A stretch of 45,900 nt of DNA from a virus (IMGVR_UViG_3300037423_001962:1-45900); one strand, 5' to 3'; positions 9,968-19,046 are shown, numbered from the stretch's first letter. Made by a program: numbers and translations. The notes: a model not told the origin generated them from the letters alone.

Positions 9968-11546
9968 ATACGATATTACGAAAAACTTGATTCCTGGACT
10001 TCCAACAAATGCATACCGCAACGGAGTCGGGGCATACGAAGGAGTCGTTGCACACTGCACAGATTCGGGAAATGGGTCTGGAAGCGACACGCCGACTGGC
10101 GAGAGGAATTATGAATCAACAACATTTAATAACGCCTTCGTTCACTTTTTTGTCGGTGTGGAAAAAGGCGTTCCTATTGTGGAACAGGTTGCACCTGTCG
10201 AGTATATGGCATGGGGAGCTGGTCCGAAAGCGAATCCACGTTTTGTTCACGTTGAATTATGTATGTACAACGATCCTGCAACGTTTAAACTAGCATATGA
10301 CGCGTATGTTTGGATTCTTGCCCGCTTACTATTTGACCGCAAACTAGACGTTTCACCAGCGAAATCAGACGGCACCGGGACGCTTTGGGCCCATAAAGAC
10401 GTGAGCTCTATTTTGGGCGGAAGCAATCATGAGGATCCGATTGACTATTTAAATACTCACGGAATCGCTTGGACGCAACACGTGTCAAACGTTAAAGCAT
10501 GTTATGACGCAATGGCAAACGAATCAAGTAAGCCTGTTTATGCTGTTTATCAATATACGAATCACTTAAAAGATTTCGTTTCGTATAACGACGCGATGGC
10601 GTATGCGAAAATGTGGGACCATTCTCACGTGGAAGAAATTGCGACAAAGGCTTGGAAATGGGATAATTATCCGATTTATCGTTTGCGTAAAACGTGGGCA
10701 GATGCTTCTAGCCAACTTGGAGCGTATAAACAATTAGACAACGCTAAAGCAGACGCTGATAAAAATCCAGGTTATACCGTATTCGACGAATCAGGAAATG
10801 CCGTGTACACAAAACCTGTAGACGTACCGAAACCAACGCCTCAACCTGTTGCTCCCGCTCCTGTAACGCCAGCGACGCCAAAGCATGCGATCATAGGAAC
10901 TTCTAAAGTAACACCAGATGTTCTAGCTGCGTTCGTGTCGACAAATAATACAAAATTCGACAAACTGATTTCTGAGTATTATAGTGCTATAGGAACGACA
11001 TACGGCATCCAATCGGATGTTGCCTTTTGCCAAGCCATCGTTGAAACTCACTACTTCCTCTTTGATATGGGAACGGCTGTAAAACCCGAACAACATAATT
11101 ACGCTGGACTCGGCGTTACGCAAAAGGGAGAGATGGGACTAAGTTTTGATACGATCGAGAACGGAGTTCGTGCACACCTACAACATTTGTACGCGTATGC
11201 AACGAATAGTGATCTACCAAATGGAGAAACACTGTTAGACCCACGTTTTAAATATGTGGAACGAGGCATTGCCCCGAGCTGGGAAGACTTGTCCACACGT
11301 TGGGCGACGGATGGAGCGTATGGAGATACGATATTGAAGGTTTATGACCAGTTGCTAACGTTTTCGCAAAATTATACACAGAATGTCGAAAAAACCGACG
11401 CACAAAAAGGGGTCATTTTTCCACTTTCAGACAATTCCGCGAGTAATACCCTTCCGGAAAATGGAATCGAAAAACTAGATTCGGCCCAAAAACAAGGAAT
11501 TTTTAATTCAATTGTTACAAGTCTTAAAAAATTATTTGGAATCTAG
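9957..11546 (+). CDS. Endolysin: Amidase_2 + cell-wall-binding modules + glucosaminidase (GH73-like)
   Basis: VVAHCT, FVHFFV, VHVELC, HEDP amidase motifs; YRLRKTWADASSQLGAY module; Pro-rich linker; QAIVET, HNYAGLG, WATD.AYG glucosaminidase motifs. Confidence 0.9.
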   Translation: MYNKYDITKNLIPGLPTNAYRNGVGAYEGVVAHCTDSGNGSGSDTPTGERNYESTTFNNAFVHFFVGVEKGVPIVEQVAPVEYMAWGAGPKANPRFVHVELCMYNDPATFKLAYDAYVWILARLLFDRKLDVSPAKSDGTGTLWAHKDVSSILGGSNHEDPIDYLNTHGIAWTQHVSNVKACYDAMANESSKPVYAVYQYTNHLKDFVSYNDAMAYAKMWDHSHVEEIATKAWKWDNYPIYRLRKTWADASSQLGAYKQLDNAKADADKNPGYTVFDESGNAVYTKPVDVPKPTPQPVAPAPVTPATPKHAIIGTSKVTPDVLAAFVSTNNTKFDKLISEYYSAIGTTYGIQSDVAFCQAIVETHYFLFDMGTAVKPEQHNYAGLGVTQKGEMGLSFDTIENGVRAHLQHLYAYATNSDLPNGETLLDPRFKYVERGIAPSWEDLSTRWATDGAYGDTILKVYDQLLTFSQNYTQNVEKTDAQKGVIFPLSDNSASNTLPENGIEKLDSAQKQGIFNSIVTSLKKLFGI

Positions 11547-11562
11547 TGGAGGTGATTGTGTT

Positions 11563-11880
11563 GTGTTCCAATTTTTGATAAACTACTGGTATATAGGAGC
11601 TCTTATTCTCCTTCTCTTACTTTACATTTTGGTCCGTAGATACGCAAAGGGAAAAGCGAGAGAGATCGCCATGCATTATCTGCAGCAAACAGAGAAAGTC
11701 GTTTTCACTACGTCTGATGCACGGATTGGCTTTGTGTTGGACTCCGCCTATAAAGCATTGCCGCCTCTTGTGCGTTCTCTCGTCCCATTTGCTGTATTTT
11801 CGGTCATTGTCGTCAATGTCTATGAAGAATCTAAACACCTCTTTGAGCATCTACATGATGAAAAAGTAGATAACAAATGA
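11563..11880 (+). CDS. Holin-like membrane protein
   Basis: GGAGGTG RBS then GTG; N-terminal TM (NYWYIGALILLLLYILV) followed by RR; after endolysin. Confidence 0.6.
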   Translation: MFQFLINYWYIGALILLLLLYILVRRYAKGKAREIAMHYLQQTEKVVFTTSDARIGFVLDSAYKALPPLVRSLVPFAVFSVIVVNVYEESKHLFEHLHDEKVDNK

Positions 11881-11915
11881 AAACGCCCCTCCATTTTAGG
11901 AGGGGCTCTTTTTTT
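11880..11915. terminator. Bidirectional terminator between convergent late and middle arms
   Basis: AAAAC-GCCCCTCC-atttta-GGAGGGGC-TCTTTTTT. Confidence 0.8.
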
Positions 11916-12171
11916 ATTCTATTTTTAATCCACCAATTTCCACCAATGATTCGATAGGCCATAAAAATGTACCGTTTTTGTGTTTGACGTAAAAGTAATG
12001 GTAGGTGTTTCCTACATTGTCTTCTAAACTCATATCTTCAACAATGACACCACCACGATGATCGTATGGAAACTTTTTCTCTGTTAACACTTCATCTTTT
12101 ACATAGACAGGGACACCGATAGAAGGGGATTTTTTACGGTCTTTGCAAATCCATTTGTATCCTTCTTTCAT
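11914..12171 (-). CDS. Hypothetical protein (possibly SH3-like)
   Basis: ORF coupled by ATGA overlap to upstream gene. Confidence 0.55.
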   Translation of the reverse strand: MKEGYKWICKDRKKSPSIGVPVYVKDEVLTEKKFPYDHRGGVIVEDMSLEDNVGNTYHYFYVKHKNGTFLWPIESLVEIGGLKIE

Positions 12172-12494
12172 TCGAACACTCCAATCTGCTCGTCAAATGA
12201 AATTTCTGGATGGCGTTTTTGTCGGTTTCTGATTTGCGTCTTGGTTTGAAAAGGTGCGTCATGTAGATGTTTTTTACGATCTTGCATGTACTCTACGAGA
12301 ATGTAATCACCAAGACGTTCTAGCGTTTTTTCTTCTGGTCTTACGCCTGTTGAACGTATGTAAGCGTCTGTAATTTCCTTCACTTGTTGGTTTCGTACGT
12401 CTACGTCTGGCTTTTCCGCTTGATGATGCAACGCACGCACCACTTCGATAATTTCTAAACGTGCTTCACCGATATCGCTTGTAAAAATATACAT
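12168..12494 (-). CDS. Conserved phage protein adjacent to sigma region-4 gene
   Basis: GGGAGGAGG RBS; ITDAYIRSTG.RP...LERLGDYIL helical motif. Confidence 0.6.
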   Translation of the reverse strand: MYIFTSDIGEARLEIIEVVRALHHQAEKPDVDVRNQQVKEITDAYIRSTGVRPEEKTLERLGDYILVEYMQDRKKHLHDAPFQTKTQIRNRQKRHPEISFDEQIGVFE

Positions 12495-12850
12495 TATTCC
12501 TCCTCCCAAATGCTTTTTGCATACTCTGTAATTTTCTCTATGGCCCTTTTTTCATAGGTTTGTACAGTTTGCCACACCAAATTTAACGCTTCGGCCGTTT
12601 CTTCCATCGTTAAATCCTTATCGAAACGATAATGCAACACTTCTTTTTCGCGATCTGATAGATTTGCTTTTTTCATAGCATCCTCGAAGTCTATCAATAA
12701 CAAACAAGTATCAATACAACCGTTTTCTACTTTCACGCGTAGATTGTTAATGTCTTCAAGCAGATAATACACGCCACGTTTGTTTCGTAAATTATACTTT
12801 TCTTCGAGATTCTTTTCTTTTTTGTGAATATCCCGTTTGACCATTCCCAT
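12494..12850 (-). CDS. Sigma-70 region 4-like HTH protein (late transcription regulator candidate)
   Basis: LSDREKEVLHYRF..DLTMEETAEALN....TVQTYEKRAIEKI. Confidence 0.8.
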   Translation of the reverse strand: MGMVKRDIHKKEKNLEEKYNLRNKRGVYYLLEDINNLRVKVENGCIDTCLLLIDFEDAMKKANLSDREKEVLHYRFDKDLTMEETAEALNLVWQTVQTYEKRAIEKITEYAKSIWEEE

Positions 12851-12997
12851 GTTGTTCTTCCTCCCAAGTTGCAATATTAAACTTCTCTCGTGCATCAACT
12901 AAAATCTGGCCTGTTTCGATCGAAACGCGTAACATATCTGGCGAATTGATCGCGTTTGCTTCCCCTTCTCGGTGTTTGCTTTTAATCTGCTTTACGC

Positions 12998-13291
12998 TCA
13001 TTCTTCCACTCCTAATCTTTCTAGTGAACGCCTGATGAATTCGTGTAATTCCTGACTTTCTGTAAATCTATCAATTTGTTCCAGGTAGTTTCTCATTGAT
13101 TCTGCATCCATACGAATCACTGCTGGAATGATTTTATCGGTATCCATTTCAAATACGACTTCTTCGAGTACCTCAACGGTTTGCAACGCAAGATACACCC
13201 ATTCTCTTCTTGTCGTGTCTTTTCCAAGCAGCCTGAATACCCCACTTTCGTCAAAGCATGTCTCTAGCCAATTAATCCTCATCCATATCAC
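12998..13291 (-). CDS. Hypothetical protein
   Basis: ORF in co-oriented operon. Confidence 0.55.
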   Translation of the reverse strand: MIWMRINWLETCFDESGVFRLLGKDTTRREWVYLALQTVEVLEEVVFEMDTDKIIPAVIRMDAESMRNYLEQIDRFTESQELHEFIRRSLERLGVEE

Positions 13292-13604
13292 CCAAGACGC
13301 TTTCTAAAAAATCTCGTGCACCGTCTTTGCTTTCTTTTGTTTTCGTAAACACGTTGCGTCGTGCTTTCAAAATTTCTTTTTGAGGCGTCGCATACACGGC
13401 ATCTTCCAAATCCTCCACATCATCGAAGTTTATCCAGTACGCAGCGACCAATGTTTTTGGATTCTCTTTCACTTCTGGCATGACTTTATGAAGGAAAGAA
13501 ATGCGTTCTTCGATGGATCCTGTTTCTCGCAATTTCTCAAATTTTTCTAGTTGTTCTTCTAGCTCACTAATTAGTTGGACCAAGTATTCTCCGTAATCTG
13601 TCAT
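13272..13604 (-). CDS. Hypothetical protein
   Basis: GGAGG RBS; directly downstream of a GGGACA-N16-CGGATA site. Confidence 0.65.
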   Translation of the reverse strand: MTDYGEYLVQLISELEEQLEKFEKLRETGSIEERISFLHKVMPEVKENPKTLVAAYWINFDDVEDLEDAVYATPQKEILKARRNVFTKTKESKDGARDFLESVLGDMDED

Positions 13605-13663
13605 CTATTTTTCCTCCACTGATCTGAATTTGATGGCGAGGACTATTGACTTCCTCGATTGAA

Positions 13664-13691
13664 TATCCGTTAGTTTCTTCGGTCTTGTCCC
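13664..13691 (-). promoter_or_regulatory. Putative phage-sigma promoter GGGACA-N16-CGGATA
   Basis: Exact hexamers, 16-bp spacer, one of 8 copies. Confidence 0.8.
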
Positions 13692-13719
13692 ACAAATAAA
13701 AAAAGGCGTGAGATTTCTC

Positions 13720-14457
13720 TCACACCGTTTCAAAAAATGCATTTGTCCATGGTTCAACTTTTACAATTTCCTCGCGAATCTTCTCGGCCAGCTCCGCGAT
13801 TTCGCCTTGGGCCCCACGTCCTGGTTTGCGTTTGCTGTAAAAATTCAAGAGTGAACGAAGGTTACCAGTCATGACGATGTTGCACGTTGCAGCGTTCGGC
13901 AATACGGCTCTAGCGTCTTCAGCTGGAATGCCCATTTTTCGCAGTTCATCGTACCAACACTGCGTCCATTGCATTATATCTTCGAAGAATTTTGTTCCTT
14001 CTTCGTGTTCGGTTATGCTTCTTGGAATGACGTAATCAAATCCGCCTGATTTATCGTCGCTTCCGAAGCGTACGTATCGTTGTGATTCGACGCTGAAACT
14101 AAAGTGTCGATGGCGTGTTAATTGTGCAAGCAACGCACGCGAAACGCCTTCTATTGCGAAGGTGAAATTCAAATGTTCAACTGTGCTTGTGTGTTTCGAT
14201 TTGAAAACATGGCGGAATAGTCGGTCCGCTTCGCTTCCTCCTTCGCCGTCGGTTGCTTCGCTTCCGAAGTATTTCTCACCCTCTACGTTTAAAATCTCTG
14301 TTGGTTTGAGCGGAGAATAGCAATTTCTGATCGCGGTTAAGGCGATCGCTTGTCCATCTGTTGGCTTATCGTTCAGATACATAACTGCAATTTCGTGTTT
14401 TAACGAAAAGTAAAACTCATCGTTTAACTTTGTATAGGCAAGCAATGCAACGTTCAT
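13720..14457 (-). CDS. thyX: FAD-dependent thymidylate synthase
   Basis: HTSTVEH, QLTRHRHFSFSVESQRY, EDARAVLP motifs. Confidence 0.97.
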   Translation of the reverse strand: MNVALLAYTKLNDEFYFSLKHEIAVMYLNDKPTDGQAIALTAIRNCYSPLKPTEILNVEGEKYFGSEATDGEGGSEADRLFRHVFKSKHTSTVEHLNFTFAIEGVSRALLAQLTRHRHFSFSVESQRYVRFGSDDKSGGFDYVIPRSITEHEEGTKFFEDIMQWTQCWYDELRKMGIPAEDARAVLPNAATCNIVMTGNLRSLLNFYSKRKPGRGAQGEIAELAEKIREEIVKVEPWTNAFFETV

Positions 14458-14711
14458 TATTTACCCTCCATTGTTGTAAATGTTACAATTAATGCTTCTC
14501 TCTCGACTCCGTTAAGTGTATAAGTACCTGGATTCGCAATCACTTCGACCTTTTCCCCTAGTTCATTGGCAATCTTTTGTCCTGCTGCTTTAACGCGGTC
14601 AACCGATAAAACACTCAGGGCTACAATTTCGGCCTTTCCTGATTCTTGCAAACGCTCAACTGCCTCTCTTACTAGTCTTTTTCCTGTGTTTTTCCCACCA
14701 CAAAGTATCAT
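14457..14711 (-). CDS. Hypothetical protein
   Basis: ORF with RBS, TAATG coupling to thyX. Confidence 0.55.
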   Translation of the reverse strand: MILCGGKNTGKRLVREAVERLQESGKAEIVALSVLSVDRVKAAGQKIANELGEKVEVIANPGTYTLNGVEREALIVTFTTMEGK

Positions 14712-14713
14712 CT

Positions 14714-15226
14714 TTAGCCCTCCATAAGTTTTAGTAGTCGCAAGCTGTTGAACATGTATTGTAAGTCCTCTTGATAACCCGAAAAGTGGTTCTCAAATTC
14801 GGTAATCTTGTAATCCTCGTCTGTTTTCACCCTATGAAACAATGAAAATAATTTATCGTTTGTAAAGATTTGAAAATCAAATCCTGATTCTATCTTTGTT
14901 TCATTTACAATGATATGTTTATATTGCTTTCCGTCCATATCGCACCTCGCAAAATTCTTGTCCATTGCCATCAACACGCAATGAGTAAACCATTCTTTCT
15001 CTCGTTCTGTTTCTGGTTCGTCCAACACAATTAAACGATTGGGTCTGAACATACCCCAACGTATTCCAAGGACATTCTCCCCGTACTGGACAAAGTGAAA
15101 GCGTGTTAATGTTTTGTTTCTTCCTATTCTCTCGCCGAGTTCGAAACCTCCGAATCCTCGTCCGATGATTAAATAGAACTCTCTTGTAAGGTTAATTTCC
15201 TGTTGAACCGAAGCCATTGACGCCAC
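14714..15226 (-). CDS. Hypothetical protein (start uncertain)
   Basis: ORF between dut and 84-aa gene; ends SLRLLKLMEG. Confidence 0.5.
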   Translation of the reverse strand: MASMASVQQEINLTREFYLIIGRGFGGFELGERIGRNKTLTRFHFVQYGENVLGIRWGMFRPNRLIVLDEPETEREKEWFTHCVLMAMDKNFARCDMDGKQYKHIIVNETKIESGFDFQIFTNDKLFSLFHRVKTDEDYKITEFENHFSGYQEDLQYMFNSLRLLKLMEG

Positions 15227-15620
15227 GCTCCGTTTCGTCGAGCTCGTCCACTTCTTCGGTTGCGTTTATTGGGTACGGAAGAACTAACATTTGTGCGACG
15301 CGATCGCCCCGCTTTACTTCAAACGGCCTATGCCCTGCGTTATGCAACAGAATCTTCACTTCTCCGCGAAAGTCTGAATCGATAACAGCTACGGCGTTTG
15401 ATAATGTAATGCCATGTTTTGCGGCGTTGCCTGAACGTGGAAACAACAAGGCAGCGTGCAAAAACGGAAGTTGCATGGCAAGACCTGTCTCCACAACACC
15501 ATGTTCACCTGCTTGAATCGTGATTTCATTTACAGCATGTAAATCCATTCCGGCAGCACCTGTTGTTTGGTAGCTCGGAATCACCGCGTCTGGATGAAGT
15601 TTTTTAAATTTGATAAACAT
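15192..15620 (-). CDS. dut: dUTPase (trimeric)
   Basis: AAGMDL, PRSG, IDSDFRGE, RVAQ, RG.NGFGSTG motifs. Confidence 0.97.
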   Translation of the reverse strand: MFIKFKKLHPDAVIPSYQTTGAAGMDLHAVNEITIQAGEHGVVETGLAMQLPFLHAALLFPRSGNAAKHGITLSNAVAVIDSDFRGEVKILLHNAGHRPFEVKRGDRVAQMLVLPYPINATEEVDELDETERGVNGFGSTGN

Positions 15621-15642
15621 AAATACGCCTCCTCAGTCTAAC

Positions 15643-15670
15643 TATCCGCAAGATGAAGTGAATTTGTCCC
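15643..15670 (-). promoter_or_regulatory. Putative phage-sigma promoter GGGACA-N16-CGGATA
   Basis: Exact hexamers, 16-bp spacer, upstream of dut RBS. Confidence 0.8.
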
Positions 15671-15673
15671 ATG

Positions 15674-15697
15674 AAAAAACCACCTTTCGGTGGTTTA
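15674..15697 (-). terminator. Intrinsic terminator after membrane protein gene
   Basis: AAACCACC-gaaa-GGTGGTTTTTT on minus strand. Confidence 0.8.
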
Positions 15698-16516
15698 TTT
15701 TCCTGACATTTGGTCTGTTGAAATACCTAGCTGTGTTCCGACGTCCATAAGACCTGCTACGCCCGTCATTAAGTACGTGCTTGCTTGACTTCCTTTGTCT
15801 TTAAAATCACTAAGTTCGCTTGGTTTGAAGTCATCAAAATATTTCATCAAGCTATCAAGTGCTTCTGCTTTTATCATATAACTAAGTCCAAGACTTTCTT
15901 CTGCGTCATCAAGTGCTTTTTGTTGATCTTTGGTAAGACCACTTGGATCTTTTAAACTTCCATAAGCAAACTGTAAATCTTTTGCCGCACTTTTTGCTTG
16001 TTTTGCATAATCATACGCACCGTTCGCATCATTGTTCTTCATGGCTTCTATCATTTTATCGTAGTCATTGGTGTAGGTTTTGTCCATTCCTTCGATCTTC
16101 TGATAAAACGCGATATAATCTTGCTTTGTTTGTTCTTTGGCTTTTGCAGCAGCTTCGTCGTCGGCTTTTTTCTTTGCGGCCGCTTCTTCATCCGCTTTCT
16201 TTTTCGTAGCTTCAGCGTCTGCTTTCTCCTTGGCGTCTGCCTCCGCTTTCGCTTTCGCCTCTGCTTCTTGTTTTGCTTTTTCTTGTGGATCTACGGGTTT
16301 TTCAGCGGGTTTTTCGGCAACAACTGGTTTTGATGGTGTTGCAGCGACCTCTGGATCTTTTTTATTGTTTGGAGCCGTGATGCAACATAAGATAAAGAAC
16401 ACCCAAATCAAAACTCCGTAGTGCTTTCGTTTGAAAACAGGAAATAGACTTGGTTTTGCCGTTAATACAATACTCGCAACAAATAAAATGAAACAAATAG
16501 CAAATATAACTCCCAT
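15695..16516 (-). CDS. Membrane-anchored surface protein with Ala/Lys/Glu-rich stalk (moron-like)
   Basis: Two N-terminal TMs, AEAKAKAEADAK repeats, helical C-terminal domain; own RBS and terminator. Confidence 0.75.
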   Translation of the reverse strand: MGVIFAICFILFVASIVLTAKPSLFPVFKRKHYGVLIWVFFILCCITAPNNKKDPEVAATPSKPVVAEKPAEKPVDPQEKAKQEAEAKAKAEADAKEKADAEATKKKADEEAAAKKKADDEAAAKAKEQTKQDYIAFYQKIEGMDKTYTNDYDKMIEAMKNNDANGAYDYAKQAKSAAKDLQFAYGSLKDPSGLTKDQQKALDDAEESLGLSYMIKAEALDSLMKYFDDFKPSELSDFKDKGSQASTYLMTGVAGLMDVGTQLGISTDQMSGK

Positions 16517-16589
16517 GGTATAACCTCCTTTTATACTTGGTGTACCACATTTACAGAATTATGCAACATTTCAGATATTTGTATTTTCG

Positions 16590-16770
16590 ACGTTAACGCG
16601 TTAATTCCTTGACGTATTCCAGTTTTAACGCGTTGTGGCTTTAATTGATTAAAGTGGTGGATACGAGGGGATAACTCAAATAAAGTAAATTCATCCAAAA
16701 TGAGTTATCCCTTCACGCTGGTACTTTAACGCGGTGAAATGGTATAACTGTATAAAGTTAATGCGTTGAT
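16590..16770. repeat. Cluster of TTAACGCG repeats and inverted repeats upstream of resolvase (res-site region candidate)
   Basis: TTAACGCGTTAA 16593-16604, TTAACGCG at 16625 and 16726, TTAATGCG at 16758; IR GGGATAACTCA 16668-16678 / TGAGTTATCCC 16701-16711. Confidence 0.55.
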
Positions 16771-16964
16771 GCTTTACTTTGATAAAGAAAATCTGAAAAT
16801 TTTACGGTGCAAGAAACGGGCGTTGTAGGAACTTTTTGAATTTGGTAATATTATTTAGTATAGGAAATTGATAACCGTCCTAGAACTCGTACAAATATCT
16901 ACGACCATTTACTGGAGGATTTTACCGTTTTATGTACAATAGGATTTATATAGGAGGGATTTTC

Positions 16965-17567
16965 ATGGGAATGAAATTTGGATATGCTCGGACAAGCACC
17001 GACGATCAGGTTATGGACTTACAGATTGACGCATTGAAAGCAGTGGGGGTTGATGAGCGGTTTATTTATTCCGAACACATTAGCGGTATGAAAGATGACC
17101 GACCTGAATGGTTGAAGTTAAAAGAGATGCTTCGCCCCGGTGATACGCTTTATATTTGGAAACTTGACCGTTTAGGGCGTTCGTCTAAGATGTTGATTGA
17201 AACTGCCCAGTATCTTAAGGACCACGACATTCAACTCATTTCGATTACCGACAATATCGATACGTCGACGCCAATGGGGCAATTCTTCTACGGCATGATG
17301 GCGTTATTGGCCGAAGTGGAACGAAACATCACATCAGAACGCACGAAAGCAGGACTTGCGGCTGCTCGTGCTCGCGGTCGTTACGGCGGTCGTCCGAAAC
17401 TTGATGAGACCGTACTTGAAATGGCGTATATGATGTATGAATCGCGTAAATACCCCGTTAAGCAGATTCTGGAGAAATTTAACATTAGTAAAACGGCCCT
17501 GTATAATTATATTGATGTGGTGAAGAAAAAAGAGGCCGAGGCTGCTGTAAAGGGGATAGCCAAGTAA
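16965..17567 (+). CDS. Small serine recombinase (resolvase/invertase family)
   Basis: GYARTSTDDQ, LDRLGRS, ERT.AGL.AARARGR.GGRP, C-terminal HTH. Confidence 0.95.
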   Translation: MGMKFGYARTSTDDQVMDLQIDALKAVGVDERFIYSEHISGMKDDRPEWLKLKEMLRPGDTLYIWKLDRLGRSSKMLIETAQYLKDHDIQLISITDNIDTSTPMGQFFYGMMALLAEVERNITSERTKAGLAAARARGRYGGRPKLDETVLEMAYMMYESRKYPVKQILEKFNISKTALYNYIDVVKKKEAEAAVKGIAK

Positions 17568-17569
17568 AA

Positions 17570-17612
17570 CAAAAAAAAGACCAACCGGATTTTTTGTCCG
17601 CTTGGCTTTTTT
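17570..17612. terminator. Bidirectional terminator between resolvase and speD
   Basis: A-tract, GACCAACCGGA-ttttttg-TCCGCTTGGC, T-tract. Confidence 0.7.
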
Positions 17613-17688
17613 ATTTGGGGGCGGGGCAAAACGCCCAGACTCCCACAATTACTATTATATATTATTATTTGTCAATAATCAATAACAG

Positions 17689-18054
17689 TTATTGTTTTCC
17701 GCGTGGAACTTTTATGATGTTATGTGCAACAGGATTTAAAGCGTCGATTAAAATTTCAGCGGCGATTTCTGGTTTTGCTTTATCACCACATGTAAATACA
17801 TCGACCATCGCCGTACCCATTTCTGGGTACGTATGGATGGAGAGGTGCGATTCAGCTAATATTGAGATCACCGTTGCACCTCCATATGGATTTCCTTCGA
17901 TGGCTGGGAATTTTTTCGCTACGGTTTCAAGAGGTGTCATTTTTGAAAAATAAATCGCTTCTCCGAATAACGCAGCTAGGTATTCATGGTCTGCTAATAA
18001 CACAGGATCTACTCCGAACATATCTACGAGCAAATGTGTTCCTAGTGAATTCAT
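17689..18054 (-). CDS. speD: S-adenosylmethionine decarboxylase proenzyme
   Basis: GTHLLVD, LAESHLSIHTYPE (self-cleavage ES), VDVFTCG. Confidence 0.95.
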   Translation of the reverse strand: MNSLGTHLLVDMFGVDPVLLADHEYLAALFGEAIYFSKMTPLETVAKKFPAIEGNPYGGATVISILAESHLSIHTYPEMGTAMVDVFTCGDKAKPEIAAEILIDALNPVAHNIIKVPRGKQ

Positions 18055-18245
18055 TCGTCCCTATCTCCAACTTCTATTTCGAGCAAACTGTTCACGATCG
18101 CAGACAAGAATAAAATGATTCCCGTAAACACAATACCATCCCAGTATGTAATCGGCATATCGAAAATACCTCTGGCAATGGCCGTAGAAATAAGTCCGAG
18201 TACGGCATATAAAACAAAGTAAACAATGATTCCAATAAAATTCAT
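18051..18245 (-). CDS. Small two-TM membrane protein
   Basis: Hydrophobic ORF with RBS, ATGA overlap with speD. Confidence 0.6.
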   Translation of the reverse strand: MNFIGIIVYFVLYAVLGLISTAIARGIFDMPITYWDGIVFTGIILFLSAIVNSLLEIEVGDRDE

Positions 18246-18256
18246 AGTTTCTCTCC

Positions 18257-19027
18257 TTATAGAAGTTTGGTTGAGAACAACTCCGCGACCTTCGAACGAA
18301 CCGATTCTTTCAACTCTACCATTCCGAATAAATCATGACCTTTCAGTCCTTCGATCATGGCAACGAGTCCATTATCGGCTTTGTATTTCTTGTTGAAAAT
18401 CTGTTCATAGTCTCCGCAGAAGATAATGCACGAGCCTTTTGAAACACGACTTCCTAGTAATCGGATTTGTTCTTTTGTAAGCAGCTGGCATTCATCGACG
18501 ATAATGATAGAGTCTTGGATGTCGCGGCCTAGCATATGAGCAACGATATCAAATTCGATTTGTCCGCGTTGCTGTAGATAAAACAATTCCTGATCTCCGC
18601 CTTCTAAGTTATCGACGATACTTCCCATCCAATTTCGAATCTTCTCATTCTTATCTCCTTTCAGGAAGCCAATTTCTTCACCGGCAGGAGCGGGCTGTTT
18701 GACGATAAACAAGCGTTGATACTCTCCGCTTTTAATTTTATTGAGCCCATACTGCATTGCTGCTTTCGTTTTTCCGCTTCCTGCGATTCCGGCCGCTACT
18801 TTAATCGGAATTTTATCGTTACTGAGTAGGTCAAAGAGCATTTTTTGCTCGAGATTTTTCGGTGCGAATCCTTTGATTTTATCGTACTTCAATGGTAGTA
18901 GCGTTTCTCCATTGAATCGATAAGCTTCTCCCTCGCATAGTACGTACTCGTTCACACCTGGAACTAATTTCCCCTCGTAGATACTTGCTAGTTCTGATTG
19001 TGTGACTTCTCGATACCCTTTGTACAT
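18257..19027 (-). CDS. phoH: PhoH-family ATPase
   Basis: PKNLEQ, G.AGSGKT, EEIGFLKGD, GRDI...IIIVDECQ, GDYEQ, RS.VAE. Confidence 0.93.
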   Translation of the reverse strand: MYKGYREVTQSELASIYEGKLVPGVNEYVLCEGEAYRFNGETLLPLKYDKIKGFAPKNLEQKMLFDLLSNDKIPIKVAAGIAGSGKTKAAMQYGLNKIKSGEYQRLFIVKQPAPAGEEIGFLKGDKNEKIRNWMGSIVDNLEGGDQELFYLQQRGQIEFDIVAHMLGRDIQDSIIIVDECQLLTKEQIRLLGSRVSKGSCIIFCGDYEQIFNKKYKADNGLVAMIEGLKGHDLFGMVELKESVRSKVAELFSTKLL

Positions 19028-19046
19028 AGTCGTTTCTCCTTTGGAA

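Noticed and set aside
12110-12140. GGGACA as another phage promoter
   Set aside because: No CGGATA at 16-bp spacing; lies antisense inside a gene
12792-13001. 69-aa minus-strand ORF
   Set aside because: Has a plausible RBS and overlap start but runs 59 bp into the sigma region-4 gene; possible but not supportable
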